Assembly: GCA_965153355.1 (NCBI GenBank) | Contig: OZ231126.1 | Coordinates: forward strand, 13,020,001-13,084,000 | Origin: Flaccisagitta enflata | Taxonomy: Eukaryota | DNA length: 64,000 nucleotides | Reading direction: 5' to 3' | Part shown: in pieces, positions 1 to 49,605 of the stretch | Layout of the letters: the number at the start of each line of letters is the position of its first letter | Position numbering within the stretch: the stretch's first letter is position 1 | Position numbers and translations under genes: made by a program | The notes under the pieces: generated by a model | The model's input: only the letters and a program-made list of their open reading frames with translations | What the model was told of the DNA's origin: nothing | The model's database searches: none

Positions 1-292
1 CAGCGTTAACAAAGGGTCGAAAGTTGGGTAATATACATCAATACAGTTATGCTTAGATATATTGCAACGATGCCCTTAGGGTTGTTCTCTGAACTAAGAC
101 ACCACATTTAAACTACTGAATGATCTTTTCAGATTTTGTTTTCATTTTGTTCATTTAAAAAAAAAGTTTGATATGCTCAAACTGTTTAACAGGTTTGGCT
201 TTAGTTTCGAATGCCATAAGCAATATATCCAAGCATGACTGCAACATAGAGATTCTGTTCAAAGGGAAGACCAAGTTTGTGCGTGAGAGTCA

Positions 293-34281
<33,989 letters not shown>

Positions 34282-34347
34282 TTCTAGTTTTTCATTAACA
34301 CTGACAAGAACAAATATTCATGGACAACAAGGCCGGATACACGGCTA

Positions 34348-34948
34348 ACACCTCTCACAAAATTAAGCGAACTGGGATCAGAACTTGTTCATTATTGAGT
34401 TTTAAGTCCAAAACAGGAGTCCAGGTTAATGCTAATCTAAAAACATGTTATTCCCATGAGGGTACCACAAAAAAAACTTCCAATCTTATCAACTAATAGC
34501 TGTTAATAGCTTTATGAAATGATATCATGCGAATTTCAGGTTTAGTTTAGCTCCAAATTTGTTGCTAAAACCATTCTATTTGTCAAAGGGTTTCAACACT
34601 TTTTGCAGCTGTCACTGATTGTATTTTAGTACTGTTGACTCATTTTCGTCTTTTAGTGAAACAAGAACCTGAGGATAAATGTTTTCGTGCCTTCTCCATG
34701 GTAAATTTTGAGGAGGTTTACGCAGTCTCATCATCAAAAATTTACTCGTCAAAATCAGTCACAATAGTTTACTGGATTTTTGGCATAACAATTTATGAGA
34801 GCCACACACTTTCCCAAGTACACAATTTTGCCCCAGTTTGCGAAAATACTATATTTTAGCTCCCTCTTTGCCAAATTTCAGCCCACTGAATGCATTATTT
34901 CTATTATTTGGATCATTTTGCCAGTTCGTTTAATTATGTGAGAGGTGT
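34348..34948. mobile_element. MITE with TA TSD inserted in a HINE family-1 copy
   Basis: TA|ACACCTCTCACAAAATTAAGCGAACTGG ... CCAGTTCGTTTAATTATGTGAGAGGTGT|TA; removal restores CCGGATACACGGCTA-CCCCAGTCGCGTGCGGG. Confidence 0.85.
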
Positions 34949-36651
34949 TACCCCAGTCGCGTGCGGGTGAGCGAGGGCTGTATTTGCGGTCACTTGATCA
35001 TTTGGGCAGGAGCAGTGAGGCCAAAGACCGCAAAATAAAACTGAATTGTGACGGATGGACCAACGGACGGATGGACGGACAGAACGACCAAGCGGGGTGT
35101 AGAGTCACGTAGCACGCGACTAAAAATTCAATAAGCTTACAAAACGATGCATATGACTGCACATGAAAGAGTAGACACACATGTAAATAGCGGAAGATCA
35201 AAGTAAAGATCTCTTTGCAATGTGTTTTTTTTCTTTTTTTTGACAATTGCAGATACTGAAAAGGGAAAACAACTTATTCCATGCTGTTTTGGATTTCAAC
35301 TTGGAGCACAATCAGTTGTCTTTCGCGTTGATTACATTCAATTTGGATAATTTGGATTAGGGTTTTCAACCCCGTACATGCTAATAGAAATCTGGAGGTT
35401 GCTTTTCTTTTCCATCGCGATGCAACGATTTGATCTGCGGTTTCATATCTATGTTATCTATTTGGTCCGGATGTCGGCTGCTCTTTAATATCGCAATTAA
35501 AAAATCAGTAGTGAGCACAAGTTCCCAATTACCCTGAAAAATTGAGACACAAACGGCGATTGAAAGAGTTTTTTCAATTTGTTTTCTCGATTAGTGGCCA
35601 GTTTAAAATCGGTCATTATCGTTATTAAATTTTACTTTTAAGAGGAGAGGAATAAAGTGGAAAACGAATGAGCAGTGATGAAAAGAGGGATTAAAGGAAG
35701 TATTAAGGGAGGGAGGTCGAAATTGATACCCTCCAAGGAGAATTCCTCGAAAGCCGGATCAAGGCACTGAAGGATGAATGTTGGCCGCAACACGCCTCCT
35801 TATACGATTACAACCATTGAAAACGACTTACTAATTTCATCTGTTAACAATATTGGTATTATAAGAAAAGAATGTTTTAGAAGAGACAAATGATTTTAAT
35901 CCATAATAGTCAATCAGTAAAATACAAATTAAACAAGGCAAGATACACGGTAATCCATTTGCGAATGGTTAGGCAGGAGCAGTAATCCAAATGATATGCC
36001 GGGGTAGGCGGGAGGATGCCATCGTCAAGGTCCAGGGGTAGAATGCTAAAATATGGGGTGCCTGCCTAAAACTCCTAAAGAAAATCCCTAAGAGCCCGCG
36101 GGGAGAGTGTACTGAGAAAGAGAACCAAACTAAGCAAATGATACATGATACATGATACATTTTTGATGTAATGTTGTCCACTGTCATGATATAGCCCCAA
36201 TCAAGACCCTAAGACCTAATGAATCCGTCATCTCTGCATAACTAGCCCAAGACGGGGGGGGGGGGGGGAGATCCTAAGAATGAAGTCAATCCTAAGGGGA
36301 CAGAGGTGATATCCAAATGGACATCTTGCTCAGGGAGAATGAGACGCCAGGGGAAGGGGAGTGGCCTCTCCCAGACTGCAGTCACACCTCCCTTAAGTAG
36401 GCCAAAGTGGAGGAGATGAAGCCACGGAAGAGGAGGTCCAAAGGCAACAGCCAAAGAGAAGGAGAAGGTAGGGCAAAGCCGGCAAGGGAAAGGGAAGGAC
36501 CCAACCCAGATATCAGAGAGGGTAAGAAGGGGAAATGCGCGGCACTACAGTTGCTCCCCCTCACGCTGAGACAATGTCCTCAGCGTCAAAATGAGTAGCT
36601 AATCCTAAGACGAAGAGACCCCCATTCCTATCACTAACAAAATATCAAATA

Positions 36652-37287
36652 ATAGTCGCAAAAGCGTTAGGTGGTCAGCGGTACCCGTTGCCCCTGTGAG
36701 TGTATGTGGGTGTGAGGTGGTTAGAGGGGCAGCGGCCCCGAAGGGACCGATGACCTATGCTGTTTTTATTTGGGCCTCAAGGATGGAATTAAGGCCTGGA
36801 GGCTGGAATTGGGGCCTTGAGGCTTGGATTAGGGCCTTGAGGATGGGATTCAAGCTTTGAGGCTGAGATTTGAGCTTCGAGGCTGAGATTTGAGCTTTAA
36901 GGCTGGGATTTGAGCTTTGAGGTTGGGATTTGAGCTTCCGGGCTTGGATTTGAGCTTGGAAGCTGGTATTTGAGCTTCGAGGCTAGGATTTGAGCTTCAA
37001 GGCTGGGATTTGTGCCTTGAGACTGGGATTTGAGCCTAAGGGCTGGGATTAGAGCCTCGAGGCTGGGATTTTAGCCTGGAGACTGAGATTTGAGCCTCAA
37101 GGCTGGGATTTGAGCTTTGAAGCAGGGATTTGAGCCTCGAAGCTAGGATTTGGGTCTCGAGACTAGGATTTGGGCCTTGAGGGGGGGGGGGACGGAGAAG
37201 AAGAAGAAGAAGAAGGAGAAGAAGGAGAAATTTCCCCTATGTGTGAAAGCATAGGTCATCGGCCCCTTCGGGGCCGCTGCCCAAAAA
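36652..37287 (-). mobile_element. HINE-like family 2 element with 20-bp (GGCTGGGATTTGAGCCTCGA)n array
   Basis: Inverted GGGCAGCGGCCCCGAAGGG...CCCTTCGGGGCCGCTGCCC flanking the tandem array; related to 23518-23997 and 55668-58696. Confidence 0.75.
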
Positions 37288-37545
37288 GCTTCAAAATTAC
37301 AGTCCCCGACTGGGGACTGTAATTTTTGAAGCTTTCTCGTTGCGTAAACGCAACTTGATGAGATACACGACAAGAGCAATTTCAAGAGAAAAAAAAAAGA
37401 TATTCAATAATGCCCCAATGATGACAAAACCTGATAATGATAACAATAGCGGATGATGTTGATGACAACAATGAATGATAATGACCACAAAAATCTAAGA
37501 AAGAAAACCCTAAAAATATCCCCCCCCCCCAAAAAAAAAACAAAC

Positions 37546-40500
37546 CAGTCGCTCAAGGGCAATATGTGGTCAGCGATACCTGTTGCCCTGCTTTGTATGT
37601 TGGTGATTGAAGGTGATGGGTAGCAGGGCAGCGGCCCCGAAGGGGACGATGTCCTGTAGAACACAGGGGGACTTTCGTTCATTGGTCCGTCTGGGATTTG
37701 AGCCTTGAGGCTGTGATTTGAGCCTTGAGGCTGTGATTCGAGCCTTGAGGCTGTGATTTGAGCCTTGGGGCTGGGATTTGAGCCTGGAGGCTGGAATTTG
37801 AGCCTGGAGGCTGGAATTTGAGCCTGGAGGCTGGAATTTGAGCCTTGAGGCTGGGATTTGAGCCTTGATTCCGGGACTTGGGCCTTGAAGCGTAGATTTA
37901 AGTCTCAAGCCTGGGATTTGAGCCTCAAGGCTGGGAGTTGAGCCATGAGGCTGGAATCTGAGCCTCGAGGCTGGAATCTGAGCCTCAAGGGTGGGATTTG
38001 AGCCTCTAGGCTGGGATTTGAGCCTCTAGGCTGGGATTTGAGCCTCTAGGCTGGGATTTGAGCCTCAAGGCTGGGATTTGAGCCTCTAGGCTGGGATTTG
38101 AGCCTCTAGGCTGGGATTTGAGCCTCGAGGCTGGGGGGGGGGGGGGACGGACGCACTGGGGCGCTTGCTCGGCGTTCAAATTTTTGTGGGCACCTCACCG
38201 GCTCAGAACACGGTCCACTTACCACAGAAACCCCACAGTTTCAATGAAAATTACCTCTGATTAATACCGGCATCCCGCAGCAAGGTTATTGATAAGATGT
38301 AGCGCCATCACTTTTTTCTTTTCATTGTTGCGCTTGTTCCATCAGTTGGTTGTATATATTTGTAAAAATCTGATAGTCCGTGGCTTTTTCACGAAAAAAG
38401 CGGCACCACTCTAATTATTCATTCAATCATTCATCCGTTCATTTATTCATTCATTCATTCATTCATTCATTCATTCATTCATTCATTCATTCATTCATTC
38501 ATTCATTCATTTATTAGTTCGTTTTTTCATTCATTCATTCATTCATTCATTCATTCATTCATTCATTCATTCGTTCATTCATTCATTCATTCATTCATTC
38601 ATTCATTCATTCATTCATTCATTCATTCATTCAGTAAATCAATCAGAAATAATGTTCATTAATACATTGCCATTCAGCAAGGCAAATATACTGCTTATTA
38701 CCTGGCTTTTTTTTATGTCCGCATCTTTTTCATCATTATCCTCAAAGCATGCATGTCTAGCATCTTCTTAAACATCTTTGACATCATCAAATGCCTCACC
38801 ATCGTCAATGTCATAAGCAATAGTCGATAGCTTCATGCTTCACCATCACTAGCTACTTTGTCTTCATTATCATTATCATCATCGTCGCCATTGTCATCGT
38901 CATCACCTTCATGCAAGAATATAATTGTCATAGTGCAACTTTCTATACTACCTAGAGCAAGAGTCTTCGTTCACCTGGGCTAAAAACTCATTTTGTCATA
39001 AACTTTATAGTTTTGAGAAAATCCAAAATAGAGATCAGACTAAAATATCTTTTTTTAATTTACTTTCTTTGCGACTGCATGATCGATATTCCAAATCTTT
39101 TGATTTTCAGCTTTAACCTCGTTCTTTGTCTGCAAAAATTGTTTCCCAACATAGGTCGGCAATTGTGACTGTTGAAAGTTGGACGGTCCCCAAAACAGGG
39201 AGCTGCGTAAATGAATAATGAGGGAAAACAAGGCCGGATACACGGCCCTTATTGCGTGCGGGTGGGCAGGAGCAGTGCAGGAGAAGATCACTGGGACATT
39301 TAGGCAGGAGCAATAAGGTGGATGTGTGGTGGTAAGAGGGGCAGCTTAGTATGTTAGGAGCTTCATGGCCGGGATTTGAGCCTCAAAACTTGGATTCGAG
39401 CCTCAAGGCTGGAATTTGAGCTTCAAGCCTAGGATTAGAGCTTCAACTTCAACGCCTTCAAGGATGGGGTTTGAGCCTCAGGACTAGGATTTGGGGCCTA
39501 ATGACTGAGATTTGAGCCTGAAGACTAGTATTTGAGTGTCAGGCCTGGGATTCGAGTCTCAAGGCTGGAATTTGGGTCTCAAGGCTGGTGTCTAGGCCCC
39601 TAGCCTAAATTTGAGCTTCAAGGTTGTTATTTGAGCTCAAGCCTAGGATTTCAGCTTCAAGTTAGAATTTCAGCCTCAAGGCTGGGATTTAAGCCTCAGG
39701 GCTGATATTTGAGCCTCAGGTCTAGAATTTGAGCCTCAAGGCTGAGATCTGAGCCTAAAGGATGGGATTTGAGCCTAAAGGATGGGATTTGAGCCTTAAG
39801 ACTGAGAGTTGAGCCTCAAGGCTTGGATTTGAGTCCCAGGGCTGGGGTTTGAGCCTTAAGGCTGGAATTTGAGCCTCGAGGATGGGTTTTCAGTTTCGAA
39901 GGGGGGGGGGGACAGACAGAGGAGAAGGAGAAGAAAAAAAAAATTGCCCTATATGTGAAAGCATAGATCATCGGCCCTTTTGGGGCCGCTGCCAAAAAAG
40001 CGGCCCAACCAATTAACCAACCGACCAACCAACTGACATAGTGGGGTGTAGAGTCGCGTAGCATGCAACTAAAAAGAAAAAAGATATAGCAATGCTGGAA
40101 ATGTGACATTGACAATGCCGTCAAACTTTAGAACCTTTTTTAAATGAACAATCTAAACGCTTCCTCCCATGTTTATAGAGCGTGTCAGGAATTGTTAAAG
40201 CATCAAGTTTTAATTCTATAGAGGCATTCATATCATCTCTTTAATTAGCGGGTTTATCTGTTAATAAGTCTGTGAATCTGTTGTGCTCAAGAAGATGTGT
40301 GCCAGTCCAACGGGCTTTATCCTCTAAATAATGGAAATGCTTTGAATAAGCGGAGTGAATATGTTAACTGACCCTGCCCAAGTATTTCAATCAGTTTACT
40401 ATCACTAACCCTGCCCGCCCTTACAATACAAAGGTTTGAGTAAATTCAGTCTTATCATAAGGAATGCATTGATTATGGAGAAACCACTATCTATTGGCTT

Positions 40501-40930
40501 GGTGAGTGCAGCCCTCAAGCCATAAGCACTTGGGCAGGATCAGCTATGTTTAAAGTGTATCAAGCATTTGGGCAGGGGAGGCCCCAAAATCCTATTTTTT
40601 CCCAAAAATGAGCTACAATCTGATGAACGGCCTGTTACTTTCAAAAATGAAGTCGAGTGTGGAAGAGTTGTTTGCATGCCTTTAAGTCATTTTTTTCTAT
40701 ATCAAAGCAATCCAAAAAGTTTGCTGCGGGCTGCCGGTATTAACCTGAGATCATTTTCCGTGAAACTGTGGGGTTTTTGTGGATAATGGAACATTCTCTT
40801 AGCCGGTGAGGTGCCCAAAAAAATTTTGGCGCCGAGCAAGCGCCCCAGGACGCACGCATGGACGGACGAACGAACGAAAGTCCCCCTGTGTTCTACAGGA
40901 CATCGTCCCCTTCGGGGCCGCTGCCCAAAA
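37546..40930 (-). mobile_element. HINE-like family 2 element split by a nested TIR element
   Basis: Same termini as 10478-11183 in reverse orientation; 20-bp array at 37690-38130. Confidence 0.75.
38156..40848. mobile_element. Non-autonomous DNA transposon with ~130-bp TIRs and 6-bp TSD (GACGCA)
   Basis: GACGCA|CTGGGGCGCTTGCTCGGCG ... CGCCGAGCAAGCGCCCCAG|GACGCA. Confidence 0.85.
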
Positions 40931-42677
40931 AACGCTTGCAATTCAGAAATGTTACAGAGAGATGGACAGAACAATGGTTCGACTGACACAGCAAGGTGTA
41001 GAGTCGCGTGTCTGCGACTTAAAAAAACTTCTTCTTAAACAAGTAAACAATATGGCTCAGTAAACTAATGGGTACTGGGGCTTAGGGCTTAGGGCAGCCT
41101 TCTCACAAAAAACACAAAGGCGCTTTCAAAAAATGCAGGACACCAACCAACAAATAGGAAACATTGAGTCTTTTAATGCTTATTGACTTGCCTTGCCGTT
41201 CAGGCACTTTCATCCTCCAGTGCAAAAAGGGATCTCTCAGACCTCACATCTAACCAAGGTTTGAGCCCGACTCTAAATGACATCTTAGATGACCCAATTT
41301 ACTCTTTATGTTTACTTAGTGATCGACCTCGGAAACGGTCGTTGGACTGATGAGTCGATAATCACGTCTTTTGTATGCAGGCAACGTCTCGATATCATCT
41401 TCCGTGTTTTATATTTACACGCGCTTCATTAAAAAAATCTATCTTAGAATACAGAAGTGTTACTTGGAATGTGTGCACAGGACGTTTGAATTCAACAAGG
41501 CTGCATATACGGCTACCCCAGACGCGTGTGGGTGGGCAGGGGTCATATTCGAGGTCACCAGAGCGTTTGGGCAGGAACAGTGAGGTAAAAGACCGCCAAA
41601 ACATAAAAAAAGTAAAACTTGACGGACCAACCAACCAACCAACCAACTGATGGACGGACAAAACGGGGTGGAAAGTCACGTAGCATGCGACTGAAAAATT
41701 CTATGAAAATTGGAGAGCAGTGATTATCGAGGTGCGTGTGAATGAAAAGAAAACGGTATGCATAAAATTGTAATTTCAAAGACCGGTTTATCTTTTATTT
41801 CTAGTTGAATGTACGCTATTGGTCTATTGGTCTGTCGGTCAGTCAGTCGGCCCGTCCGTCGGTCTTGCATTCCCTTTATGGCATCTTCAGCGTTGTTAAA
41901 TGGTATTTGAATCTCTGCCTCTGCTCAAATACCTGTGAGGCCTCTAAAGCCAATGCACTGCCCCTACCCCTTGCACGCGACCGGGTTGGCCGTGTACCCG
42001 GCCTTCTTTTATCACATTAGAGCACAGTATTTCTCTTCGAGACTAGCAATCGTTTATTGATTTTTCCAAAGGCAATCATCAACCATCATCTACAAAAACA
42101 AATCTTGTGAGTCATGAAACCACCTAAAGGGTTGTAAACGTTTTTTTTTTTTCATCTTTCCATCCTTTGAAAGGATTGCTTGAACCCTTCGGTAAAGGGA
42201 AAGATGATCTGGGGTGGTATGAAAATCTTATACTTAAACAAAATTGACAAGGGAGATCTTCAAGTCATAAAATCGTTGTTTAATGTCATATTCTTTATAT
42301 AGAATAAGAATATGATGTTTCAAAATCAGATGGCCGTTGATACATGAAAACTTTGGACATGGAAAAAAACGTGAGTCTTTTGGTTGAGGCTTTATAATTC
42401 TTGAATTCTTGATTTGTATTTAGGCTAAGACGTTTGTGAGGTTAGCCAAAATTAAATTTACTCGCTTTGATAGTGACAGTTTAAGGTCCGCATGATGAAT
42501 TGTCCAAAAACCGAAAGACGAGCTCAGTTGAGATTTAAGAACCTCCTCTCTAAATGCTCAGCAGATGAAAGCAAATGCAGCTAAAATTGCATGAGATGAA
42601 AACTCACCAGCCATTGAGCCATTGAGAATCATGATTTGTTGTTTCATCAAGGCCAACCACCCACTCACCCTTACCTA

Positions 42678-43441
42678 CCCTGCTTTCAATATCGAGTGTT
42701 ACCAGCAAAACCTTTATTGCGTCTAAAGTATCTATTTTTAGAAAATCCGGTTGGTTTTGTCTGAAAGCAAATAACTTACCATTATTTCATGCAAAATTTC
42801 GTCATGCTGGGTCTAGCGGTTTATCGTCCACATGTTTTTGAAATTTGATGAAATTTGAGCAAAATTTGCTAAAAAAACAACATTTTTGAGCGATTTTATA
42901 TGTATGAACCCTTATAAACTTTGTGCATCATGAGCTGGAATGACCAAATAAGTCATGTATAGTCAATAATTGACACTTAATTTGTATCATTTTAGCTTTT
43001 CACCATTCTATAAGAATTTTGGTGCTGAAATACAGTTGTTGTTATTTGAAACCTGCTCAAACTTCAAAAATTAAAAGGAAAATCCAGATTTTCCACATAG
43101 ATTACACTGATTTGGTCTTTTTCTACAGAGGTACATAAACTGAGACTAATATCCTTCTTTCAAGACAAATCTGGCCATTTTTGCTTGATTCATTAAGAAA
43201 TGACAATGATTCAATGTCACAGTGTCAGTTAATCAATTTTTTAAAAAATTCTCTATTGGGGTTTGTCTCATTTTCATTCAAAATCATGTGGAAGCCAAAC
43301 GGCTTGAGCCAGTTCTTTGAAATTTTGCATGAACAAATGGTAGGTTATATGCTTTTTGGCAAATCCTACCTGAATTTCCCAAAATATATACTTTAGACGC
43401 AATAAAGGTTTTGCTGGCAACACTCGATATTGAAAGCAGGG
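42678..43441. mobile_element. MITE with long TIRs and TA TSD (related copy at 56092-56855)
   Basis: TA|CCCTGCTTTCAATATCGAGTGTTACCAGCAAAACCTTTATTGCGTCTAAAG ... inverse ... GAAAGCAGGG|TA. Confidence 0.88.
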
Positions 43442-45561
43442 TATAAGCCCAGGATTACATGACCTCCGAGTCAATCCCTTATTCATTCGTGTCAACGTTT
43501 TTAGTAGCGGTCACGCGACTCTTTAAGTTACTTTTTGGTCTGTTGGTCTGTCGGTTGGTCCGTCGGTCGGTCCGTTTGTCTGTCCATCACAAAGTTGTTT
43601 TCATCTCTGACCACCCGAAATTATGCCATAGTTCAACCCTTACAGTTCCAGCCATCATGAAACCGATTGCGCAAAATAAAAAAAAAGAATAAAAGGGTTA
43701 ATAGATTTTTGAAAAAGTGAAATAAAAGTTGTTCCTAATTTGCGGAGAGGTGGTTCTCTTCATGATTTGTTTGAACGGAAATAGAATGAAAAAGAATCAA
43801 TGAAATCCTAATTCAATTAGATATTCAATTAAACATTTTTTCACCAAGAAATTCATCTGTGAAAAACAAATCTAGTTTCTAAGTAGGTTTAAGGAAAATT
43901 ACCTTAAAGACACATGTGGGGCAAAATACAGATGAGTTCAGATTAATTTTTGATATTGGCTATACAACTGAATAGAATGGATCTTCATGGAGGTAAAGCG
44001 GAGACACAGTGACAAAGGTCTTCAAAGGTCATATCCATACGTTCTCTGATCGCAGTCAGGTTTGTAGCTGCGGTCATGTGTTATCAAAATACAGATGCAA
44101 ACATTATTTTTTATTCATTTGTTTATTCCTGAATGTGTATAAGCATGTGATTCGTTGAGTTGCGTACACTGTAAAAAAAATGCTAGGACTGGTGACCATT
44201 ACAATGTACAATGTATACAATCGTCTTCATTGTTCATCTTAAAATTTTGTGTTGATGAGAGAAAAAGACGACGACAAGTGACAAAAGAAGAAAAGACAAC
44301 ATTCCATCATACCAACTTGTAATTGACTCATTTTCGTTGATTGTTGTTTTGAGAAGAGCGCGTGAACGATTCTCAAAGATTTTAATTGAGCTTACTCTGG
44401 GTTTGTCAGTTCTCAAAACATCAAAAGAAAATCGTCATGGATTCGACTTGATAAGTAACAAACGTCTAACGAGGTCCTTCCGTCGGTCGGTTAGAGGGTC
44501 AAACTCTAAACGATACACAGCTACCAAAGTTTTGTGCGGGTGGGCAGGGGCAGTGATGAAGTGAGTCAACCAAATATTTGGGCAGGAGAATGATGCAAAA
44601 ACTGTCCTTGGCCGCAAACAATCAATGTGTCACTGATCAACCAACTGACTGACTGACCAACGTATCAACAGACTGACGGACGGACGGACCGATATAGCTG
44701 GCTATATTGAGTTGCATACACGCCTCTCGATTCATTGGCCGACTGGATTAGGTTGTTGGGGAGTCGATTTGGTCAGTTGATCACGCGTCTACTGTATATG
44801 AATGTTTTAAAACTTAGGTCATCAACAAGTAACGCGGTTGCAGACGGATCAACAGATGGATGGACTAACGAATGGAGGGACCAACGATATAGAGGGGCCA
44901 ACAATTAACAATAAAGCCTCTTATAGTGCTGGTAGTCCGAGACCGAAAATTTTACATGCGACTTTGGTCTCAAAACCTTGTTATGTAAAAATAAGAAACA
45001 AGGCCAGATACGCGGCTGCCCAAGTCGCGTGCGGGTGGGCAGGCTGGCAGGGGCAGTGCCGCAGTGGTTAAAATGATTAATCAAACATTTGGAAGAGCAG
45101 TGATGCAGAAACTTCCCATAAACGTCCTAAAATACAGTGTTATAGATTGATTGACTGGCCATCCGACAGAGAGACCGATCGACGGACCAACAGACAGCGG
45201 GTTACAGAGTCACGTGCACGCGACATAAAAACAACGACAACGACAACGACAGGTTCGATTCATCGATGCATCGTTAGTGCAGCGTTGAAAAAGAAAATAG
45301 TTTTCACATCCGAAGTCTAATGTTTTCATTTTGCCCCCGTGGCAATTTGGATCAACCTGCAGCTCGGGTTTCTTGTAAATTAGGTTAAAAGCGATTCCGT
45401 GTAAATCAGGTTAAAAGTCTCGACTGTATTTTTAAACGAATACATCTGTAAATCATCTCTTTTCTCTAAGCATATTACTCATATACCAGTAAAGGCGGCT
45501 CTCGCCGACCGGAAAAAAATCGTAAAATTGCTTTTGTTTTTTTTCAGTTTTTTCTATCTCC

Positions 45562-46250
<689 letters not shown>

Positions 46251-49195
46251 GCTGAACTCATTTTTGTTGTTACTTAGGGCCCAAAATTGAGATCGATGAA
46301 AAATAAAGATTTTTGAAAAAATGTGAAAAAATAAAAAAAGATTCAAAAATTCATAGCGCCTAAAGTATTTGTCCCACAGAGGCCTGCTTTTTTCCAGAAG
46401 GTGTAAAAAAGTGCCCTCTTTCACCCTGTACCAATTTCAACCCCAGCCACAGGCGAGCCTAGTTCTGCGTCAACTTCCTCAAATTGGCGCAAGCGAAAAA
46501 GGGAAACATTAAATCCTAACCCTGGACTCAAAAAATCGAAAAACGTTTTTTGATTTTTTTCCCAACTACCTAGGAAAAAAGTTTAAGGACACCTTTTACC
46601 AATGATATCTCAGCTTTTGAAATAGCCAGAGACTTTTTAAAAAATACCAAATCAATCTCTATCAAAAAATCTACAAAATGAGCGCAATCTTTAAGCGTTT
46701 AGAAATGGAAAGCAAAAGAGTGAAAACAGTCATTTTCAAAATTTGTATAAAAATGAGAATCAAGAAATTAAGAAAATCAGGGATACCTACTACTTAAGAT
46801 ATCCCGGCTTGTAGAGCAGCGAGAGAATTTTTATGACAAAGCAAATTCATATACATCAAAAGATCTTCGAGATGAGCGCAATCTGGTTTTTGTAGCATTA
46901 GTTGTTTAAAAATGGCAAGCAAAATGGTGAACTTGTTCCCATAATGATGGATATGCAAAATCTGCCCACTAATGTTCAAACATGATCGTCTCTTTTTACA
47001 TAGATTAAGTACTGCAAATTAATTCCCAAAGGCATAGCTAGGATCATTGAAACAAGAAAACCGTAAATTTTGTGTCATCAACTATTCAATATTTTACTTG
47101 TAAATCAAATCATTCTTCATGTATCCTTTAGCTTCTTTCCTAGGTAGTACAAGTAAACTTGTCTGTAGTTCTTGTTGGGACTAAATTTGTCGGACACAGA
47201 TTGGACGGTGGCAGTTGTAAAACATCTTGCTCCCCTACGCCCCTGAGTACACAGTGAACTCTCGTTTTAGCCAATCCATAATACCAAGACTTAATCCGTT
47301 ATCTATCGCCCACTGGCGAAAAAGGTAATTCATAATTTCTCTGACCACTCGCCAGTGACTAGTAAATGGCAGTGGTTGCTCAGTCATTGGCTAGGCTTTA
47401 AGGGCAGGGACGGTTTTGTCACGAAAATTGAGAAGAAAAAAAGTGAATTACATTAATGGACAAGTAAAAGAAATCTAATTAGTATATCAAGAAACACGCA
47501 ATGATATTTGCACTTTGAATTAAAAACCTTTTCCTTTTCCAACTCAAATCCAAAGAAGACCGGTTTTTGACTTTCGAGTTCCGCATTAAAAAATGGCTTG
47601 AATTGATAAGAGGGACCTCTGCTGTGGCATACAGATTTAATTTCTCACTTGAGGACAAATTCAAATGAATGAAATCCTGTCTCAGACATTGAAAAATAAA
47701 AAAAGTTTTATTCAGACTATGGTAGAGTTAAGTTAGAAAGCGAACCTGAGCTCTGTCACAGCGCTCAAATCTTGTAGTTAGATATTGATATTTTCTGCTT
47801 GTGGAACAAGGGTTATATACAAAAATCATAATAAGTTTTTTAGTAATATAAGTGAACATACTTAACAAGACACCTTAACAAACATTCCTTGTGGGCAGGT
47901 GGCCTTACAGTGAGTAAAAAAGCCAGAAAAAACGACATATTCCCCCCCTATGAATATTTAAATATTAACACAATTCTGACTTGATTGAACGGGTATTTAT
48001 AATTGAGGTTTCATCGAGTTTCCGAGATATGTTCTAGAGGAGTAAAAATGCTATCTGAAACTGTTTTTGTTAGAGATTTTCTCCGATGTAACACACTGTA
48101 ATCACTATTTCTTTAAGGGAAGGTAAAGCAAAAAAATAAAGAAAACCGCAGATTCGGTTTTGAACTGCAGAAAAGAGGACTGCGCAGAAAACGATCTTTT
48201 CTTCACTGCCTGCGTTTAAGTATATAAGTCTAGTTTGTATGAGAATTGGTTATGTCTAGAATCTTTTTTTTACAAATAGTATTATGTATAGCTTATGAAG
48301 GGATTTCCATATGAAAATGATAATTGACATGATACAAAATTTTTGCTACCCCATACTAGTTAAGTAATATGTTTCTCCCTTTTGGAAAAAAGTTACCCAA
48401 TTCAATTTTACTTTCACAGGCTATCCGTCGAAACATACTTTCACAATTGTTTGCATTGTGATTTTGCATTATTTTCGTAAATCATATTCATTCATTCATT
48501 CATTCATTCATTCATTCATTCATTCATTCATTCATTCATTCATTCATTCATTCATTCATTCATTCATTCATCGATAGGATTAATTCTAGACTAGTAATGT
48601 GGACTAGGCAAGGAGTGTAATTGGTGGGTTAACATTTCTTAGTCGCATTTATCATGCATTTTATGACTAAATCTGTAACGGCATCTGGATTGACTAGCAG
48701 CTTAGTTACGCATGAGTTTGTGCGTTGGTAATGCTCTTTATTCATATCATGTGTTTTTGTCGTTTTATAATGTGTTTTATTGCGATTTGGATTCCGGCCT
48801 TTGTTATACTACAAATGTTGCGTCGATGGAGAGTAGTTTATCCCATGATTAGTTGATTACCATTCAACGAGATTTCATTTTCATTTGACTCGGACTTGAT
48901 TAATGAGAAGGTCGGGTCACAATTATGTAGACACGGAAAAGGAACAAATTGAGCTTACCCGTTTCTGAGCTTACACAAAAGACAACTTTTCACTTCATTC
49001 ATTATAAATTTCCTCGGCAGTTTTTTTTTTTTTCTAAATTGCTGTGTCACTGAGTCATTGATGGAAAAAGACCAGCAAGTGACACTATCAGGATTATGAT
49101 GAATTTAACAAACTTACATTAAACCAGCTCAAGAACGTAGGGTAGCAAAGACAACCGAAAGGTCAATTAGGGGATGACCATAAAAAAAGTCTGTA

Positions 49196-49352
49196 CAGTA
49201 GGACCCCGCCTCATCGGTCCCAGTGGGACTGAAGATTTTTCACCTTTATGTCAGGTTCACCTTTGAAGAAACCGTCATTAGGGACCTTAAAATATTAACC
49301 TTTATTGATAGGGAACCTTTAAAAGCGAGACTGTTATTGCGGGGTCCCACTG
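49196..49352 (+). mobile_element. Short Tc1/mariner(pogo)-type MITE with TA TSD
   Basis: TA|CAGTAGGACCCCGC ... GCGGGGTCCCACTG|TA. Confidence 0.85.
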
Positions 49353-49605
49353 TAGTCGATTCATCTGGCTCGTTGACAGACTAACCATTTTGAATGTCGA
49401 GTGGCCTACACAGTTGTGCAAAGAATGTATGCTATTGAGTTTAAGATATTTCTTCAATTGAAACAGGTTTTTTTTCCATTTTCAAGTGAATAATTCATCT
49501 CCCACTTCAACTCTCAACACAATGAATTTGCTTTCCTTTCTTGATCCAGATGTATGCCATGGCATAACACGCGGGTTTCAGACTTTGCATCACATTTATC
49601 AAACA

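Noticed and set aside
41322-41360. Hammerhead-like words GAAAC-G-GTC...CTGATGA-GTCGAT
   Set aside because: No stem I can form between GTC and CTGATGA, and 4 extra nt separate stem II from GAAA; single copy, probably chance.
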